A stretch of DNA of 27,877 nt from a virus (lineage: Duplodnaviria; Caudoviricetes). Every line of letters begins with the position of its first letter. Positions within the stretch are counted from its first letter, which is position 1. The stretch is from the IMG/VR virus record IMGVR_UViG_3300037484_000428, positions 1 to 27,877 of that record, one strand, 5' to 3'. Below the pieces are notes generated by a model. It saw nothing but the letters and a program-made list of their open reading frames with translations, was not told where the DNA came from and did no database searches. The translations under genes were made by a program, and so were the position numbers. Positions 1 through 9,900 of the stretch are shown here, one piece after another.

Positions 1-3000
1 TAACTGGCTTCAGCCCTTCGATCTTTACCAGACGGCCAGGAGTTGGCGTGGGACCGTATAACCAACGATAGTCGTACGGAGGATGAGCGGCATCCGCTCC
101 CGGATTAAACGAGAGGGCTACATCCAACGTGAGAGAATCCGTAAGACCCGATCCTCCTTGGACGGAGTATGTATCAAAAGTACCATCAGGCTTCTGGAGT
201 GTGATCCAAGCTCCACCAGATTCCAGAGGGACCTTTTTCGGGAGCTTGAGAACTGACGCTGTCGATCCCTCAACGAGTCGACCGGAATAGTTCATACTTG
301 CTAGGTCGTGCGAAAGCTGTACTACATCTCCACGAGCACTAGGCATTGCCTCCCAGTCCGAACGCCACCTATAGCGGCGATTACGGTAGATATTCTGCGC
401 AGCGTAGAGGTTAGTCAACTGTGCAGCCAAGATACGGCTCTTACACAGGAGAAACTCGAGCTTATTGACTCTAGCCTCGCTACTGGCACCGGGAATTGTT
501 ACCCTGACAAAGTCACGTTTCCACCCGTTATCAGGGTTAATAAACCACCCCTCCAGTACCTCAGCCAAGTCTTCGTTCGTGTATTCTATGCTGAAGCTAC
601 CAGGGATGATGTTCTGCATCCCGAATAACGCAGTCGATGGCAGGTCCGGAGCATCCCAGACTGTGCCGAATTTGCCGGAGCCCCAAGATGGGGTTGCGCG
701 ACCCATCAGAGCAATCTGTGAGAGCATGTCATAGACGGAGAGCTGCTGATCGAATACTCCGTCTACTGTCAGATTTTCCTGGGCACACCAAGCTCCGAAG
801 GCTTTTAGCCCCTCGATGTCGATCTTTGCGTCTGCGTATCCAGCACCCCATACGCGACGGGTTCCGACGAACTTGCCTCTAGTGACATCGAGGAACCACC
901 ATGCTGGATTAGAAGTAACGACGTTGCCCCGAGGAATAGTAGAGTCGCCGGCGACCCACGCCGGGCCGTTCACTAGTGTGCCGTGGTTGCCGTTGCCACT
1001 AGAGTCGTTGGCAGTGACACCCGCGCCTTCGTCGAACTCCCAGCGGCCGACGAGGCCGGATTCGTCGTCGTAGCGGCCGCGGTAGTGGTCGGCGACTTCG
1101 GCAGCGGTGATGGCGCGGCTGTAGAAACGGACCTCATCTATGGTGCCCGGCCAGTTGTATAGATTTCCGCCAGCTAGACCAAGATTGCCGATGCTGGCGA
1201 AGTAGGTAGCGGGGATCGGCCCCATTAAGGCCACTGTTCCAAAATCTTGAACGACTACCTGAACCCCGTTGACGTAAAGTCTTTCGAACTGTCCGTCGTA
1301 AGTTGCGCACACATGGGCAAGAGCGCCGTTGACGATCAATCCGCCAGCAGAGTTGGTAGATCTGGACACCCCGCTCGGCAGCACAATAATGAGCACAAGC
1401 GCTCCATTCGACCCCACTTCGAATCCCAAGCCACCATTTGGAGGCGACATATCGCGCCCAGTCGACCAAATGTAGTTCGGCTGCACGAGCGAGAGGACGG
1501 TCGGTTTTATCCATGCCTCCACGGACATCACGGTTGGGCTCAGTGAAGCGTTGGCGCCGCAATTCACGTACTGTGTCGTGCCATTGAACTGTAGCCCGTA
1601 CCCACCCCCAAACACCGTCGTCCGAGCCTGTGCAATGCAGTTCAGTTCGCTGACAACTCCTTGCAGTTGATCGCTAGCCCGGATCTTGAGGGCCACACGC
1701 TTCTGACCTGTATAGTCAGCGGTATCGGGCTGGTATGAGCGAACTTGAGACCAAATAATGTCTGAAACTGACTGCACATCCACTTCATTGGGGGTTGTTC
1801 TGCGGACACGAACCTCGTATTGGCCTTTAGCTACGGGCCAGAAGAAGGTACGACGGAGAGGTGCTCTCGATCCGTTGACCACTATGAATCGGCCGTCAAT
1901 AGGTAATCCTACAGTAAAGTCGTGGCCAAATACGAACTCATCGGTAAACGACGTGGAAACTACTAAAGACATATCCACTGAGATTAGGATGTTCTGCGTA
2001 CGGCTCTTATCCCAAAGTAAAAACTGCCCTCCACCAGTCTTATTCGATTCACCAACCCTAACAAACTCTCCCAGGTTGTTCAGCGGAATACCAGGAGGTT
2101 GCCATTTGACTTGACAACCGAATGTTGGATCACCGCTATATATCAGCAGGATCTTGCCAACTCCGGCAGGAGTATTGAGAGAGGTTGATAGTATTGTTAC
2201 ACCAGCGATGTCCGACTGAACGGAGATTGCCTTACGGGCGCCCCCATTATAGAACTGCAAGGGTACTCGACAAACTCCATTGACCGGAGTCAATGCGACA
2301 GTACTATCAGCCTCGTAGTCCAGCGGAGTCCAGGAGCCCGATCCTATAGTCCGGTACTCGATCTCGATCTCTGCCCCAATTACTAGCAGCCCCTCTGCAG
2401 CAATTCTGAAGAGACTACCGGCAATCTCGACTGCGATCCCGGTGGTATCTGAGCTAGTAGTACGTTGTATCCACTCGTTGGGTACAACGAGAGGCGCTCC
2501 TTCAGCTGCGTCTACGTTACCGGGAAAGAGAGTAAGTACACCGTCTAGGCCTGACTCTTGCATAGTTACACCAACGAAGTTCCCAATCGGTGTTTCCCCA
2601 ATCTTCCATTCACTAAGCACAACGTCGTTATAGCCGAAGTTGAAGACCTGATACAGAATCTGGTCTGAACCTTCAAACTCAGTGTAGGGAATTATACCGA
2701 GATCGGGGAAGATTCGGGTTGTCCCAATGATCTTTGGCATAGGCTCGTACAGACGAGCCCGATTGGAACCTCCGGTAACTGAATAGGTCGGGGAGTCATT
2801 ATCCAAGCCCTGAGCTCTAGACAGGTTAGGCCGCGGTGGTGGAAAGACCTGACTAATAATCATCCCGCCAACGACTAAGATACCAGCCTTCCATAGCGCA
2901 AGCTCCCCCGCGGTCGCTCCCACTCCTGCAAACTCACCCGCGAGATACGGAGCGTAGTAGTAGAGGGCAATCATGGCAATAATCATGATAGGGTTCTTCT

Positions 3001-3289
3001 TCTGACCATTACCACTGCTACCGCGGACCGTGGCGTAGAGGTTAATCTGGGTCCCGAGTTTCGGATGGCATCTTCCCCATAGAGCTCTAGGTACTTGACG
3101 ACCATCAATTGTAAGAATAAAGGGCTGACGCCCCATCTTCTCCAGGATACCTACCCTCTGGAGATATTCGAGTAGAGTCTCGTTTGGCTGAAATAGAGCA
3201 CAGATGACCTCCCGTCCTTCACTCCTCTGGAAAGGATGTGGAGACCAAACGAGTGTTGGCCTCTGTTGGATCTCGGCGGGTAGGCTCAT
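1..3289 (-). CDS. Tail tip / host-specificity protein (lambda J-like, with gpI-like N-terminus), 3' end outside window
   Basis: Absent from the ORF track because it has no stop in the window. Hand translation from ATG 3289 (ATGA overlap with the NlpC stop): MSLPAEIQQRPTLVWSPHPF...SPTYSVTGGSNRARLYEPMPKIIG...GQYEVRVRR...LKIRASDQLQG...TSNPAWW...YGPTPTPGRLVKIEGLKPV. No stop found in this frame; position after the NlpC gene fits. Confidence 0.88.
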   Translation of the reverse strand, partial: MSLPAEIQQRPTLVWSPHPFQRSEGREVICALFQPNETLLEYLQRVGILEKMGRQPFILTIDGRQVPRALWGRCHPKLGTQINLYATVRGSSGNGQKKNPIMIIAMIALYYYAPYLAGEFAGVGATAGELALWKAGILVVGGMIISQVFPPPRPNLSRAQGLDNDSPTYSVTGGSNRARLYEPMPKIIGTTRIFPDLGIIPYTEFEGSDQILYQVFNFGYNDVVLSEWKIGETPIGNFVGVTMQESGLDGVLTLFPGNVDAAEGAPLVVPNEWIQRTTSSDTTGIAVEIAGSLFRIAAEGLLVIGAEIEIEYRTIGSGSWTPLDYEADSTVALTPVNGVCRVPLQFYNGGARKAISVQSDIAGVTILSTSLNTPAGVGKILLIYSGDPTFGCQVKWQPPGIPLNNLGEFVRVGESNKTGGGQFLLWDKSRTQNILISVDMSLVVSTSFTDEFVFGHDFTVGLPIDGRFIVVNGSRAPLRRTFFWPVAKGQYEVRVRRTTPNEVDVQSVSDIIWSQVRSYQPDTADYTGQKRVALKIRASDQLQGVVSELNCIAQARTTVFGGGYGLQFNGTTQYVNCGANASLSPTVMSVEAWIKPTVLSLVQPNYIWSTGRDMSPPNGGLGFEVGSNGALVLIIVLPSGVSRSTNSAGGLIVNGALAHVCATYDGQFERLYVNGVQVVVQDFGTVALMGPIPATYFASIGNLGLAGGNLYNWPGTIDEVRFYSRAITAAEVADHYRGRYDDESGLVGRWEFDEGAGVTANDSSGNGNHGTLVNGPAWVAGDSTIPRGNVVTSNPAWWFLDVTRGKFVGTRRVWGAGYADAKIDIEGLKAFGAWCAQENLTVDGVFDQQLSVYDMLSQIALMGRATPSWGSGKFGTVWDAPDLPSTALFGMQNIIPGSFSIEYTNEDLAEVLEGWFINPDNGWKRDFVRVTIPGASSEARVNKLEFLLCKSRILAAQLTNLYAAQNIYRNRRYRWRSDWEAMPSARGDVVQLSHDLASMNYSGRLVEGSTASVLKLPKKVPLESGGAWITLQKPDGTFDTYSVQGGSGLTDSLTLDVALSFNPGADAAHPPYDYRWLYGPTPTPGRLVKIEGLKPV
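940..1610 (-). other. LamG / concanavalin-A-like jelly-roll domain inside the tail tip protein
   Basis: In-frame motifs GLQFNGTTQYV, SVEAWIKP, HVCATYDG, LYVNG, GTIDEVRFYSRAITAAEV, LVGRWEFDEGAG, DSSGNGNHGTL. Confidence 0.85.
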
Positions 3290-3699
3290 TTCCACTTGTA
3301 GTACCCTTCTAGCCTGAATCCTCGGGGATCTAGCTCGCGCACGCGTGTACGTATTACCTGCGCCACACGTTCAGCACAATGTAGCACCCACGCTTCGCCG
3401 TTGATGAGACAGTAGACGCCAACGTGCATCGCTTTCGAGCCACTAAACATCAGGACGGCGTCTCCATCAACTGGAGTCTCGGTTCGAACAGCGACACGAT
3501 CACGTTCCAGAAGGATCTGTCTTGCTGTCTCACGTAGCTTCTCTCTCCCCTGCTTGCCTCTGTAACTACGCTCCGTAGGAATGAGCACAGTGCGATGAAA
3601 TTCCTGAATTTGAACCTCTCTAACCATCTCACCACAGTCATACTCCTCTGCGACGTACACCTTGCCTACGTACTTATTGGACCAGTGAGAGAAGTTCAT
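3286..3699 (-). CDS. NlpC/P60-family tail assembly peptidase
   Basis: YDCGEMV (catalytic Cys), GDAVLM, HVGVY, VLHC; lies between the DUF1833-like and tip genes. Confidence 0.88.
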   Translation of the reverse strand: MNFSHWSNKYVGKVYVAEEYDCGEMVREVQIQEFHRTVLIPTERSYRGKQGREKLRETARQILLERDRVAVRTETPVDGDAVLMFSGSKAMHVGVYCLINGEAWVLHCAERVAQVIRTRVRELDPRGFRLEGYYKWK

Positions 3700-4181
3700 C
3701 AGAAGAGTCCCGATGCGGACTCTTGCGAATACAGTATGGCGAGGGCAGACATATCGAGCATATTTCCATAACCCAACTCTCCCGATACCTCCATAATATC
3801 CTGCCGGGTATTGAGAAGGGTCATAGCATATTCCTGCTCGATCACGTCTGGAGTATCGCGCATTACCTGAATAATACGGACCTGAGCTCCTTTGCCTCCA
3901 CTGGAGGCATCTAACCAGGATGTAAGTTCACGACCGATGTTGTCAATCGAGATCGGGACTCGTGGCATTGTCTGGGCGACGTCTTCCGGAAACTGAACCC
4001 GAAAGCCACATGCTGTGAACGTGTTGCCCAGATGGACGAGATCCTGAGTATCGTTTACCACTCTTACTACTCCTGGAGCCTCAAGATCAGGATGGCTAAT
4101 CTCCAGCAGATAGAACGGCTCCTCACCGGTCGTAGATCCGGTTTTCTCCTTGAAATTGGCAGTGTAGCTGAGTCTAGGCAT
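3699..4181 (-). CDS. Minor tail protein (DUF1833-like)
   Basis: LLEISHPDL..VRVVNDTQDL..F..FP..ISIDNIGREL pattern and synteny. Start moved from 4226 to ATG 4181 to avoid overlap with the upstream gene. Confidence 0.78.
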   Translation of the reverse strand: MPRLSYTANFKEKTGSTTGEEPFYLLEISHPDLEAPGVVRVVNDTQDLVHLGNTFTACGFRVQFPEDVAQTMPRVPISIDNIGRELTSWLDASSGGKGAQVRIIQVMRDTPDVIEQEYAMTLLNTRQDIMEVSGELGYGNMLDMSALAILYSQESASGLF

Positions 4182-4186
4182 GGATA

Positions 4187-4546
4187 CTAACCACTCCAAG
4201 TTTCGATCTGGACCGGAATACGCCACTGACCCAGACCAACAAGCGGACGTTCCTTATCCAGCTTGTTCACAATACGAGCCTGACGAACGACACTATCCTC
4301 AGGATCCGTGAAATTGAACCACATCGCACCATAGTCGATGTCGGTCTGGAACCAAGTGATGAAGGCTTGATAGTTTGCCAGCGACGCGAGACCTACCACG
4401 AAAGCTCGCGTCACGAGGACGCGACTCTTGGTACGTAGCTGTTTTACCATTCCATCTTCCATTGATGTCCGAGCCACAGCACTAGCTCGATCCTTCTCAT
4501 AGCCTTCGGCTAGGACCTTTGCGTAGGAGTGCGGGAAATCTGCCAT
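4187..4546 (-). CDS. Distal tail (Dit / gpM-like) protein
   Basis: 119 aa directly after the tape measure; RTSMEDG..KQ.R, FITWFQTDIDYGAMWFNFTDP. Confidence 0.75.
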   Translation of the reverse strand: MADFPHSYAKVLAEGYEKDRASAVARTSMEDGMVKQLRTKSRVLVTRAFVVGLASLANYQAFITWFQTDIDYGAMWFNFTDPEDSVVRQARIVNKLDKERPLVGLGQWRIPVQIETWSG

Positions 4547-4559
4547 GGTAGGGGACTAG

Positions 4560-7500
4560 TTAGTATTGGGGAGCTGTAGACAACAAGCTCCGCAGTTGGT
4601 TTCGGGAACCCGCGTCTTTCATCAGACGCCGGATCAAGAGATCGATCACTACTACATCACCCTCCATTCGAGGGGCTGACTGCGTCTGCTCGATTGGTTG
4701 CCCTGACTCGTTCTTGATATTGATCATTATGTTGGGCATTCCTCCTGAGCGCTGCTGATCCGGGGTCATGACATCGATACGTTCGCCTGGAGTAACTCCC
4801 ATAGCGATCATTCGGCTGTCAGCTGCGCCTGAACCCCCGACTGTAAAGCTACCTCCTGTAGCGTAGTTACCACCCCAGTCGATCGGAGCTTCACCTGACT
4901 GGTAAAGATTACCAGGGTTGTAGGTCGATGTTCCTTGGCCTCCGGCTATTGCACGTAAGAAGGGCTCAAGTAAGCCCTCTCCGACCTGGTGCTTTTGGGT
5001 GTACATACTCCCGAATAAAGCTGTCATGACTGGTTGCACAACCGCCATCTTGTACACGAACGATAGTGCCTCCTGAGCAATCTTGTTGAATACGTCGCGC
5101 CAACTCGTCTCCAGCCCCAGAGTTGTTCTGGCCATCGAGTCAGCAATGCTATTCTCGACGTCCCGGAATACCTCGCGAATACTACGTCCGAAGAGTGTTG
5201 TTCTGTCCAGGACTGTCCGACTCAGATCGTCCTGGATAGTCTGAACCCTCCGCCAGTAGTCTTCAATACTACCGATACCCAACTGGAGAGCTCGGAAGGC
5301 TAGGTCCATCCGATCCTTGAACTGCTCAAGGGAGCGCTGCGTCGTGTCGCCAATCTGGTTATCCAAGCGTTCCAGTTCCTGAGTAACCTTCTTGATCTGT
5401 GCAGAGGCTGTTTCGGCTTCCGCCATCTCCTTCCACTTCTGCCTGAAGACCTCGACTATCTCGTTGACCTTCTCTTGTGCCAATCGTTGGTCGTTCAGAT
5501 GCTGGGTCAAAGCAACGACGTGCAACTCGAGCTGTTTCTGCTGGGCAAGTTCCTCCGGCTTCGCGCTAAGAGCTGCTTCGCGTCGAGCTCCTACATCCTC
5601 GAACATCTTCCGGATCGCGGCACCAGCCGTGGCGAACTTCTTCGGGAAGGCCTCTAGCTCCTTAAGCGATTCCTTGTTCTTGTCGATCGCCAGGAACATC
5701 GCAGTTAGTTGTTCTGTCAGGTTCTTACCTTCAAATCCCGCCTCTCTGAGGGACTTGGAGATGTTCGCAAGGCTACCACGCTGCTTCTCGGGCTGATCAG
5801 CCATCATCTCGATGGCTTTACCCATTGCCTCGGCTTGCTGCATTGCCTCATGCCCGAAATCAGCGGCCTTAATCTGTTCCGAGAGACTCGTAAATGTGCG
5901 GATGTTCTCCTGAATCTTCTTGATCCAGTTCTCCCACTGCGTACCTATAACCTCACCGACGTTCGGCTTGTCGATCTTAAGAACGTTCGCCCTCTCGAGG
6001 AAGTTCTCCATCTCCAGGGAGATCTCCTTAACCTTGTCAAGACGGGCTTGAAGAGCCTTGACGGCGGGGTCCTGACTTGGATCCGGCGGAGCCGCAAGAG
6101 TCGACTTGCCACCGCGAGATAGAGTCATTCGGGCCGCGCTGTTCTGGGCTGCACTCTCTGCTTGCGCTAAGGCAACAGCTAGCTGTGCCTGAATTGCTCC
6201 GAGTTCTGCGTATACCAACCGGAGTCGCGTCGCCGTACCCTGTTTCATCTCCTCCGTAGTCTGCTTGTGTGCGGACCCGATCTCTTCCTGGACGTTGATC
6301 CAGTCCTTAGATTTGGTAATCCACTCGTCCATTGTCTCGGAGGCGGACTTCTGCTCCCGAGTCAGATAGGCGTAGCCAATAGCTGCGCCACCTAGTACAA
6401 TGGCGACCTTGGCGATCTGTTTGAGAATTGCACCCCACCCTGAGACGATTAAGGCGAAGTCCAGAGCTAGAGTAGCAGCGGTGAGAGCCCTGACTGCTGA
6501 TGCGGTCGCCGCTATTAGGGTAGGTAACCTGGAGAAGATCATTAGTACAGCCATGCCCGCCCCGGCTCCTGCCAGGGCACCGAACAGAGAGATGATCTGT
6601 TCCATGTTATGAGCTAGGAAGTCGAGTGTTAGCCTCGTTGCCACGACTGTCTTGCGGAATATCTCACTGAATCCAGCGGCTTGATCAAACCTCTTGAGTA
6701 GCTCGAACACTGACGTACCTACCCTTTGCATCTCCGCTTGCAAGTTCTCTGCAGCCTGCAATGCACCGGGGCCAAATACTTGTACCCACAAAGTCGCCAA
6801 TTTCGGCAGCATATCCTTAGCCATGACCTCGCCACTCTTGATCATCTTGGCGAACTCACTAGTTGTTACGCCCATGGATTTGGCAGCCAACTCGAAGGAG
6901 CCTGGTAAGAGGTCGCCCAATTGGCGGCGGAGTTCTTCCATCGACACTGTTCCTTTGGACAGCATCTGCTCTAGGGCCAGAAACACAAGCCCCATACGTT
7001 CGCCGTTCAGCTTCATGGCCGTACCAGCAATCGTGGCAGCCTCGAATATCTTCCGCTGATCCTCTAGGGTAACGTTTGATAGCCTAGCGGCCGTTGTGAA
7101 CTTGGCGTAAGGTTCGATCAGGTTCCGAACGTTCTGACCGAGTTTGTTTGCTACTCCCAGAACGTAGGTGTACGCATCGCCCGTCAGAGCTGCTGAACCT
7201 GTTGAAGAGGTCAATTGGGCATCAAACCTCTGCATATCGATTACGGCCTTCACACTCGCTGTCGCTAATATTGCTGTACCGGCAGCAACCCCTGTAATGC
7301 CCCCGATGAACAATGCCATCTTGACGGAGGTCGATTCGAATAGGGCGGACATTACAGCAAGGCGAGCACCGATTCCACTGAGGGGACCTAGTGCAAGGAT
7401 CGCAGCTCTCTCCAGATCCCTGAAGCCCAACGCAAACTTGTTGATCTCACCGACACCTGCGAGGCGGTTACCTGCACCGAGAACTGCCGACATACCTACT

Positions 7501-7847
7501 GTGGCTCGAGAGATCTGAGCCTTCGTTAGTAGATCGGCCTGCTCTGTGAGAGTACGGTTGACGCGTTTATACGCCTGCTCGACCTTGTCAATCTCTGGAA
7601 CTGCAACTCCAGCTTCGCGCATGCGAGTTGTAGTAGCGATCGTGCGGGCAAGGAGACTCGAGAGAGTCCGCTCGATCGCTGCGAACTTTCGGTACTGCTT
7701 CTGGACGACCTCGTCCTCGACTTGACCTAGGCGCTCAACTTCTTTGCCGTACTTTTTCAGTACGGTTAGGGACTGCTCGAGCGCCCTAGTATCAGGTACG
7801 AGACCGAACCCGACCGTGCCGAGATCGACTGTCCGCCTGGCTGCCAT
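4560..7847 (-). CDS. Tape measure protein
   Basis: 1095 aa, Ala/Leu-rich and helical; ALEQMLSKGTVSMEELRRQLGD tape-measure motif, hydrophobic segments, C-terminal YATGGSFTVGG..TPGERI. Confidence 0.95.
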   Translation of the reverse strand: MAARRTVDLGTVGFGLVPDTRALEQSLTVLKKYGKEVERLGQVEDEVVQKQYRKFAAIERTLSSLLARTIATTTRMREAGVAVPEIDKVEQAYKRVNRTLTEQADLLTKAQISRATVGMSAVLGAGNRLAGVGEINKFALGFRDLERAAILALGPLSGIGARLAVMSALFESTSVKMALFIGGITGVAAGTAILATASVKAVIDMQRFDAQLTSSTGSAALTGDAYTYVLGVANKLGQNVRNLIEPYAKFTTAARLSNVTLEDQRKIFEAATIAGTAMKLNGERMGLVFLALEQMLSKGTVSMEELRRQLGDLLPGSFELAAKSMGVTTSEFAKMIKSGEVMAKDMLPKLATLWVQVFGPGALQAAENLQAEMQRVGTSVFELLKRFDQAAGFSEIFRKTVVATRLTLDFLAHNMEQIISLFGALAGAGAGMAVLMIFSRLPTLIAATASAVRALTAATLALDFALIVSGWGAILKQIAKVAIVLGGAAIGYAYLTREQKSASETMDEWITKSKDWINVQEEIGSAHKQTTEEMKQGTATRLRLVYAELGAIQAQLAVALAQAESAAQNSAARMTLSRGGKSTLAAPPDPSQDPAVKALQARLDKVKEISLEMENFLERANVLKIDKPNVGEVIGTQWENWIKKIQENIRTFTSLSEQIKAADFGHEAMQQAEAMGKAIEMMADQPEKQRGSLANISKSLREAGFEGKNLTEQLTAMFLAIDKNKESLKELEAFPKKFATAGAAIRKMFEDVGARREAALSAKPEELAQQKQLELHVVALTQHLNDQRLAQEKVNEIVEVFRQKWKEMAEAETASAQIKKVTQELERLDNQIGDTTQRSLEQFKDRMDLAFRALQLGIGSIEDYWRRVQTIQDDLSRTVLDRTTLFGRSIREVFRDVENSIADSMARTTLGLETSWRDVFNKIAQEALSFVYKMAVVQPVMTALFGSMYTQKHQVGEGLLEPFLRAIAGGQGTSTYNPGNLYQSGEAPIDWGGNYATGGSFTVGGSGAADSRMIAMGVTPGERIDVMTPDQQRSGGMPNIMINIKNESGQPIEQTQSAPRMEGDVVVIDLLIRRLMKDAGSRNQLRSLLSTAPQY

Positions 7848-7986
7848 TCACGACGTCCTTTATGAACGTGACCCAACGAGCAAACTCGTCGCCGCCCATC
7901 GCCCTTACCTCTTTCTCGGTCTTTCCTAGGTGGTACCCTACGGATTGCACGAGAAACTGGTAAGTGTCCTGCCTTAGTCTTTTTTT
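7792..7986 (-). CDS. -1 frameshift extension of the tail chaperone (gpGT-like)
   Basis: GCA AAA AAA GAC TAA gives A AAA AAA at 7986-7980. The -1 frame reads RLRQDTYQFLVQSVGYHLGKTEKEVRAMGGDEFARWVTFIKDVVNG... to TGA 7794-7792. Confidence 0.82.
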   Translation of the reverse strand, partial: KKRLRQDTYQFLVQSVGYHLGKTEKEVRAMGGDEFARWVTFIKDVVNGSQADSRSRHGRVRSRT

Positions 7987-8306
7987 GCTTCTCCTACCTG
8001 CACCGGTAAGAGCATCTTGTTGATGGCGTCCATCAGCTTCTGGTACGAGCCACCAGATGGAAGCGTCATCAAGACATCGAAGTCAGCCTCCTCGAACACC
8101 CGATCTTCGGAGTCAGGAACGAAACAGCACTCGATCAAGTAGCGCGCCATACGCTTCTTGATATCCGTTTCATTGACGGTATCCAGCATCTGTCCCACCG
8201 TCAACTGGCGTACCTCGATAACGGAGCCATCATCCAGCTCCACTGCCGAGTGCCCCGGCTTCTCGCCAAGGATCTTTGCTCTCACCGCATCGCGTACTGT
8301 GCTCAT
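7974..8306 (-). CDS. Tail assembly chaperone (gpG-like)
   Basis: 110 aa between tail tube and tape measure; ends at an A7 slippery run. Confidence 0.85.
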   Translation of the reverse strand: MSTVRDAVRAKILGEKPGHSAVELDDGSVIEVRQLTVGQMLDTVNETDIKKRMARYLIECCFVPDSEDRVFEEADFDVLMTLPSGGSYQKLMDAINKMLLPVQVGEAKKD

Positions 8307-8337
8307 GTTCTACTCCTCTACTCTACGTTGAAATAGG

Positions 8338-8381
8338 CCTGGAGGCGCCGGACATTAACTGCTTAGACCATTGCCTCCAGG
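8338..8381 (-). terminator. Stem-loop after the tail tube gene (terminator or processing site)
   Basis: CCTGGAGGC 8338-8346 / GCCTCCAGG 8373-8381; large loop and poor U-tract. Confidence 0.4.
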
Positions 8382-8397
8382 TGATTCGGACCTGATG

Positions 8398-9447
8398 TTA
8401 CACCACCGTTGGCGCGCCGCTCATCTGCACGTTCACTGCGAACGTGTTTGTCGACTCCATACCGGCGGTCAGCGATAGACTCGTCAAGACACCCGAGCCC
8501 TTCCAGCCAGCGACGCCATCGTGCAGATACCTCGCATAGACAGGCAGATCCGCGAGAAACCGATCGAGCGCCGTCTTGATGGCTGCAGGAATTGGCGTCG
8601 CTGGAGCGTGGAACCACCCGAAGGGGTACGTGAGAGTCGGCTGTGCCGGGTAGTATGGCACGTTCAGATCGAAACGGAGGCTCTCTTCTTCCAACGCCCC
8701 GACGTTGCCGGACTGACGTTGCGAGATCAGCCGGAAGAAGCCCCGGCCAATCGACCCTGAGAATGCTGTCCCGTCAGGGTTGATCTCGATGACGTACTCC
8801 GAACGATCGTCCAGCAGGTTCGGCCAGTCGTCAGTTGCGTTGAATACCGTCGGGAGCTCGATACTTACCGTCTTCAACCCAGGAGTATGGGTGTGATACC
8901 CGAGGTTTGCCTGAAGCGCTGGCATGTCCGAATCCCGAATTGGATCCGCCGTCATGTTCAACGTGTACCCGGTGTACTTGCCCAGCGAGATCAGCGGGAA
9001 GTAGTTGGTGGTGACTGTCACCGCACCCGTAACAGTGTACGATGACTTGAACGTTACTTCGCCGAACACATAGTTGACGTTGTCCAGCTCGGCGTTCTTG
9101 TTCACGCCACCATCGAACACATTGAACGTAGCGTTTGCGCGATCGAAACAGCGCTTGGCCGTTGCCGTAACGCGGTACGTCTTACCCGAGACGAGTGACA
9201 TTGCCTCAGTTGTCATCAAGGTCGACGTTCCAGGCTTCAGGAGCTTGGCGACATAGCCGGCGTAGCCCTTGTAGATGGCATTGGCGGTAATGCCCCATGT
9301 GATCGGCCCAGTAAGGGCTGACTTGTAGGTTTGTCCGAAGATGGTGTCGTCAATTGCAACACCCTCTCGCGAGATCTCCCCTTGGGCTCCCGGCAATAGG
9401 AGATAGGTGATATCGTCGGCGGAGAGGTGAATCGTCTTTGCACCCAT
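8398..9447 (-). CDS. Major tail (tube) protein
   Basis: 349 aa, beta-rich; IDDTIFGQTYKS..G...W motif near the N-terminus; RBS GAAAGGA; synteny. Confidence 0.85.
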   Translation of the reverse strand: MGAKTIHLSADDITYLLLPGAQGEISREGVAIDDTIFGQTYKSALTGPITWGITANAIYKGYAGYVAKLLKPGTSTLMTTEAMSLVSGKTYRVTATAKRCFDRANATFNVFDGGVNKNAELDNVNYVFGEVTFKSSYTVTGAVTVTTNYFPLISLGKYTGYTLNMTADPIRDSDMPALQANLGYHTHTPGLKTVSIELPTVFNATDDWPNLLDDRSEYVIEINPDGTAFSGSIGRGFFRLISQRQSGNVGALEEESLRFDLNVPYYPAQPTLTYPFGWFHAPATPIPAAIKTALDRFLADLPVYARYLHDGVAGWKGSGVLTSLSLTAGMESTNTFAVNVQMSGAPTVV

Positions 9448-9462
9448 GGCTAGTCCTTTCCT

Positions 9463-9900
9463 TTACGTGATTGCGACTCTGTGCCCGCCTGCCAGTGCCG
9501 CGGGTTCGACTATAAACCAGAAATTGGCTGAGAACATCGGCCGTGTGTTGTCATCTTGCCCCAGGTAGGCGATGTCGCCGATCTGGTTGCAAGAGCGGAA
9601 GGTATCTCCTTGGAGGACAGTAGTGTCCATACCTAGGAGACGGTTGACAATTGCCTCAAGCTTATCGCGGGCAGCTTGATAGCCATTCTTCGTACCCCTC
9701 GTCATTACCTGTACCGAAGGCATGTTCAAGAGGAGATGTGGATAAGGTGGCCGACCACCAGTGGCATTCACCAAGATTGCTGTATCCAAGGTTGTGGGGA
9801 AGGCACCAATGTAAACACCCCATCCCGAGGCTGCTCCAAAGGTACCCAGAGGAGGTGCCCCTACGATGACATCTTTCACACTGATGGCTGGATCTTTCAC
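9463..9900 (-). CDS. Tail terminator / completion protein
   Basis: PSVQVMTRG..GY, YLGQDDNTRPMFSANF; directly before the tail tube gene. Confidence 0.78.
   Translation of the reverse strand: MKDPAISVKDVIVGAPPLGTFGAASGWGVYIGAFPTTLDTAILVNATGGRPPYPHLLLNMPSVQVMTRGTKNGYQAARDKLEAIVNRLLGMDTTVLQGDTFRSCNQIGDIAYLGQDDNTRPMFSANFWFIVEPAALAGGHRVAIT

Noticed and set aside
308-2633. Short ORF-track calls over the left end
   Set aside because: They are shadows of the long minus-strand tail tip frame, which has recognisable motifs throughout.
1-3289. Diversity-generating retroelement target
   Set aside because: No reverse transcriptase or template/variable repeat pair seen in the window.
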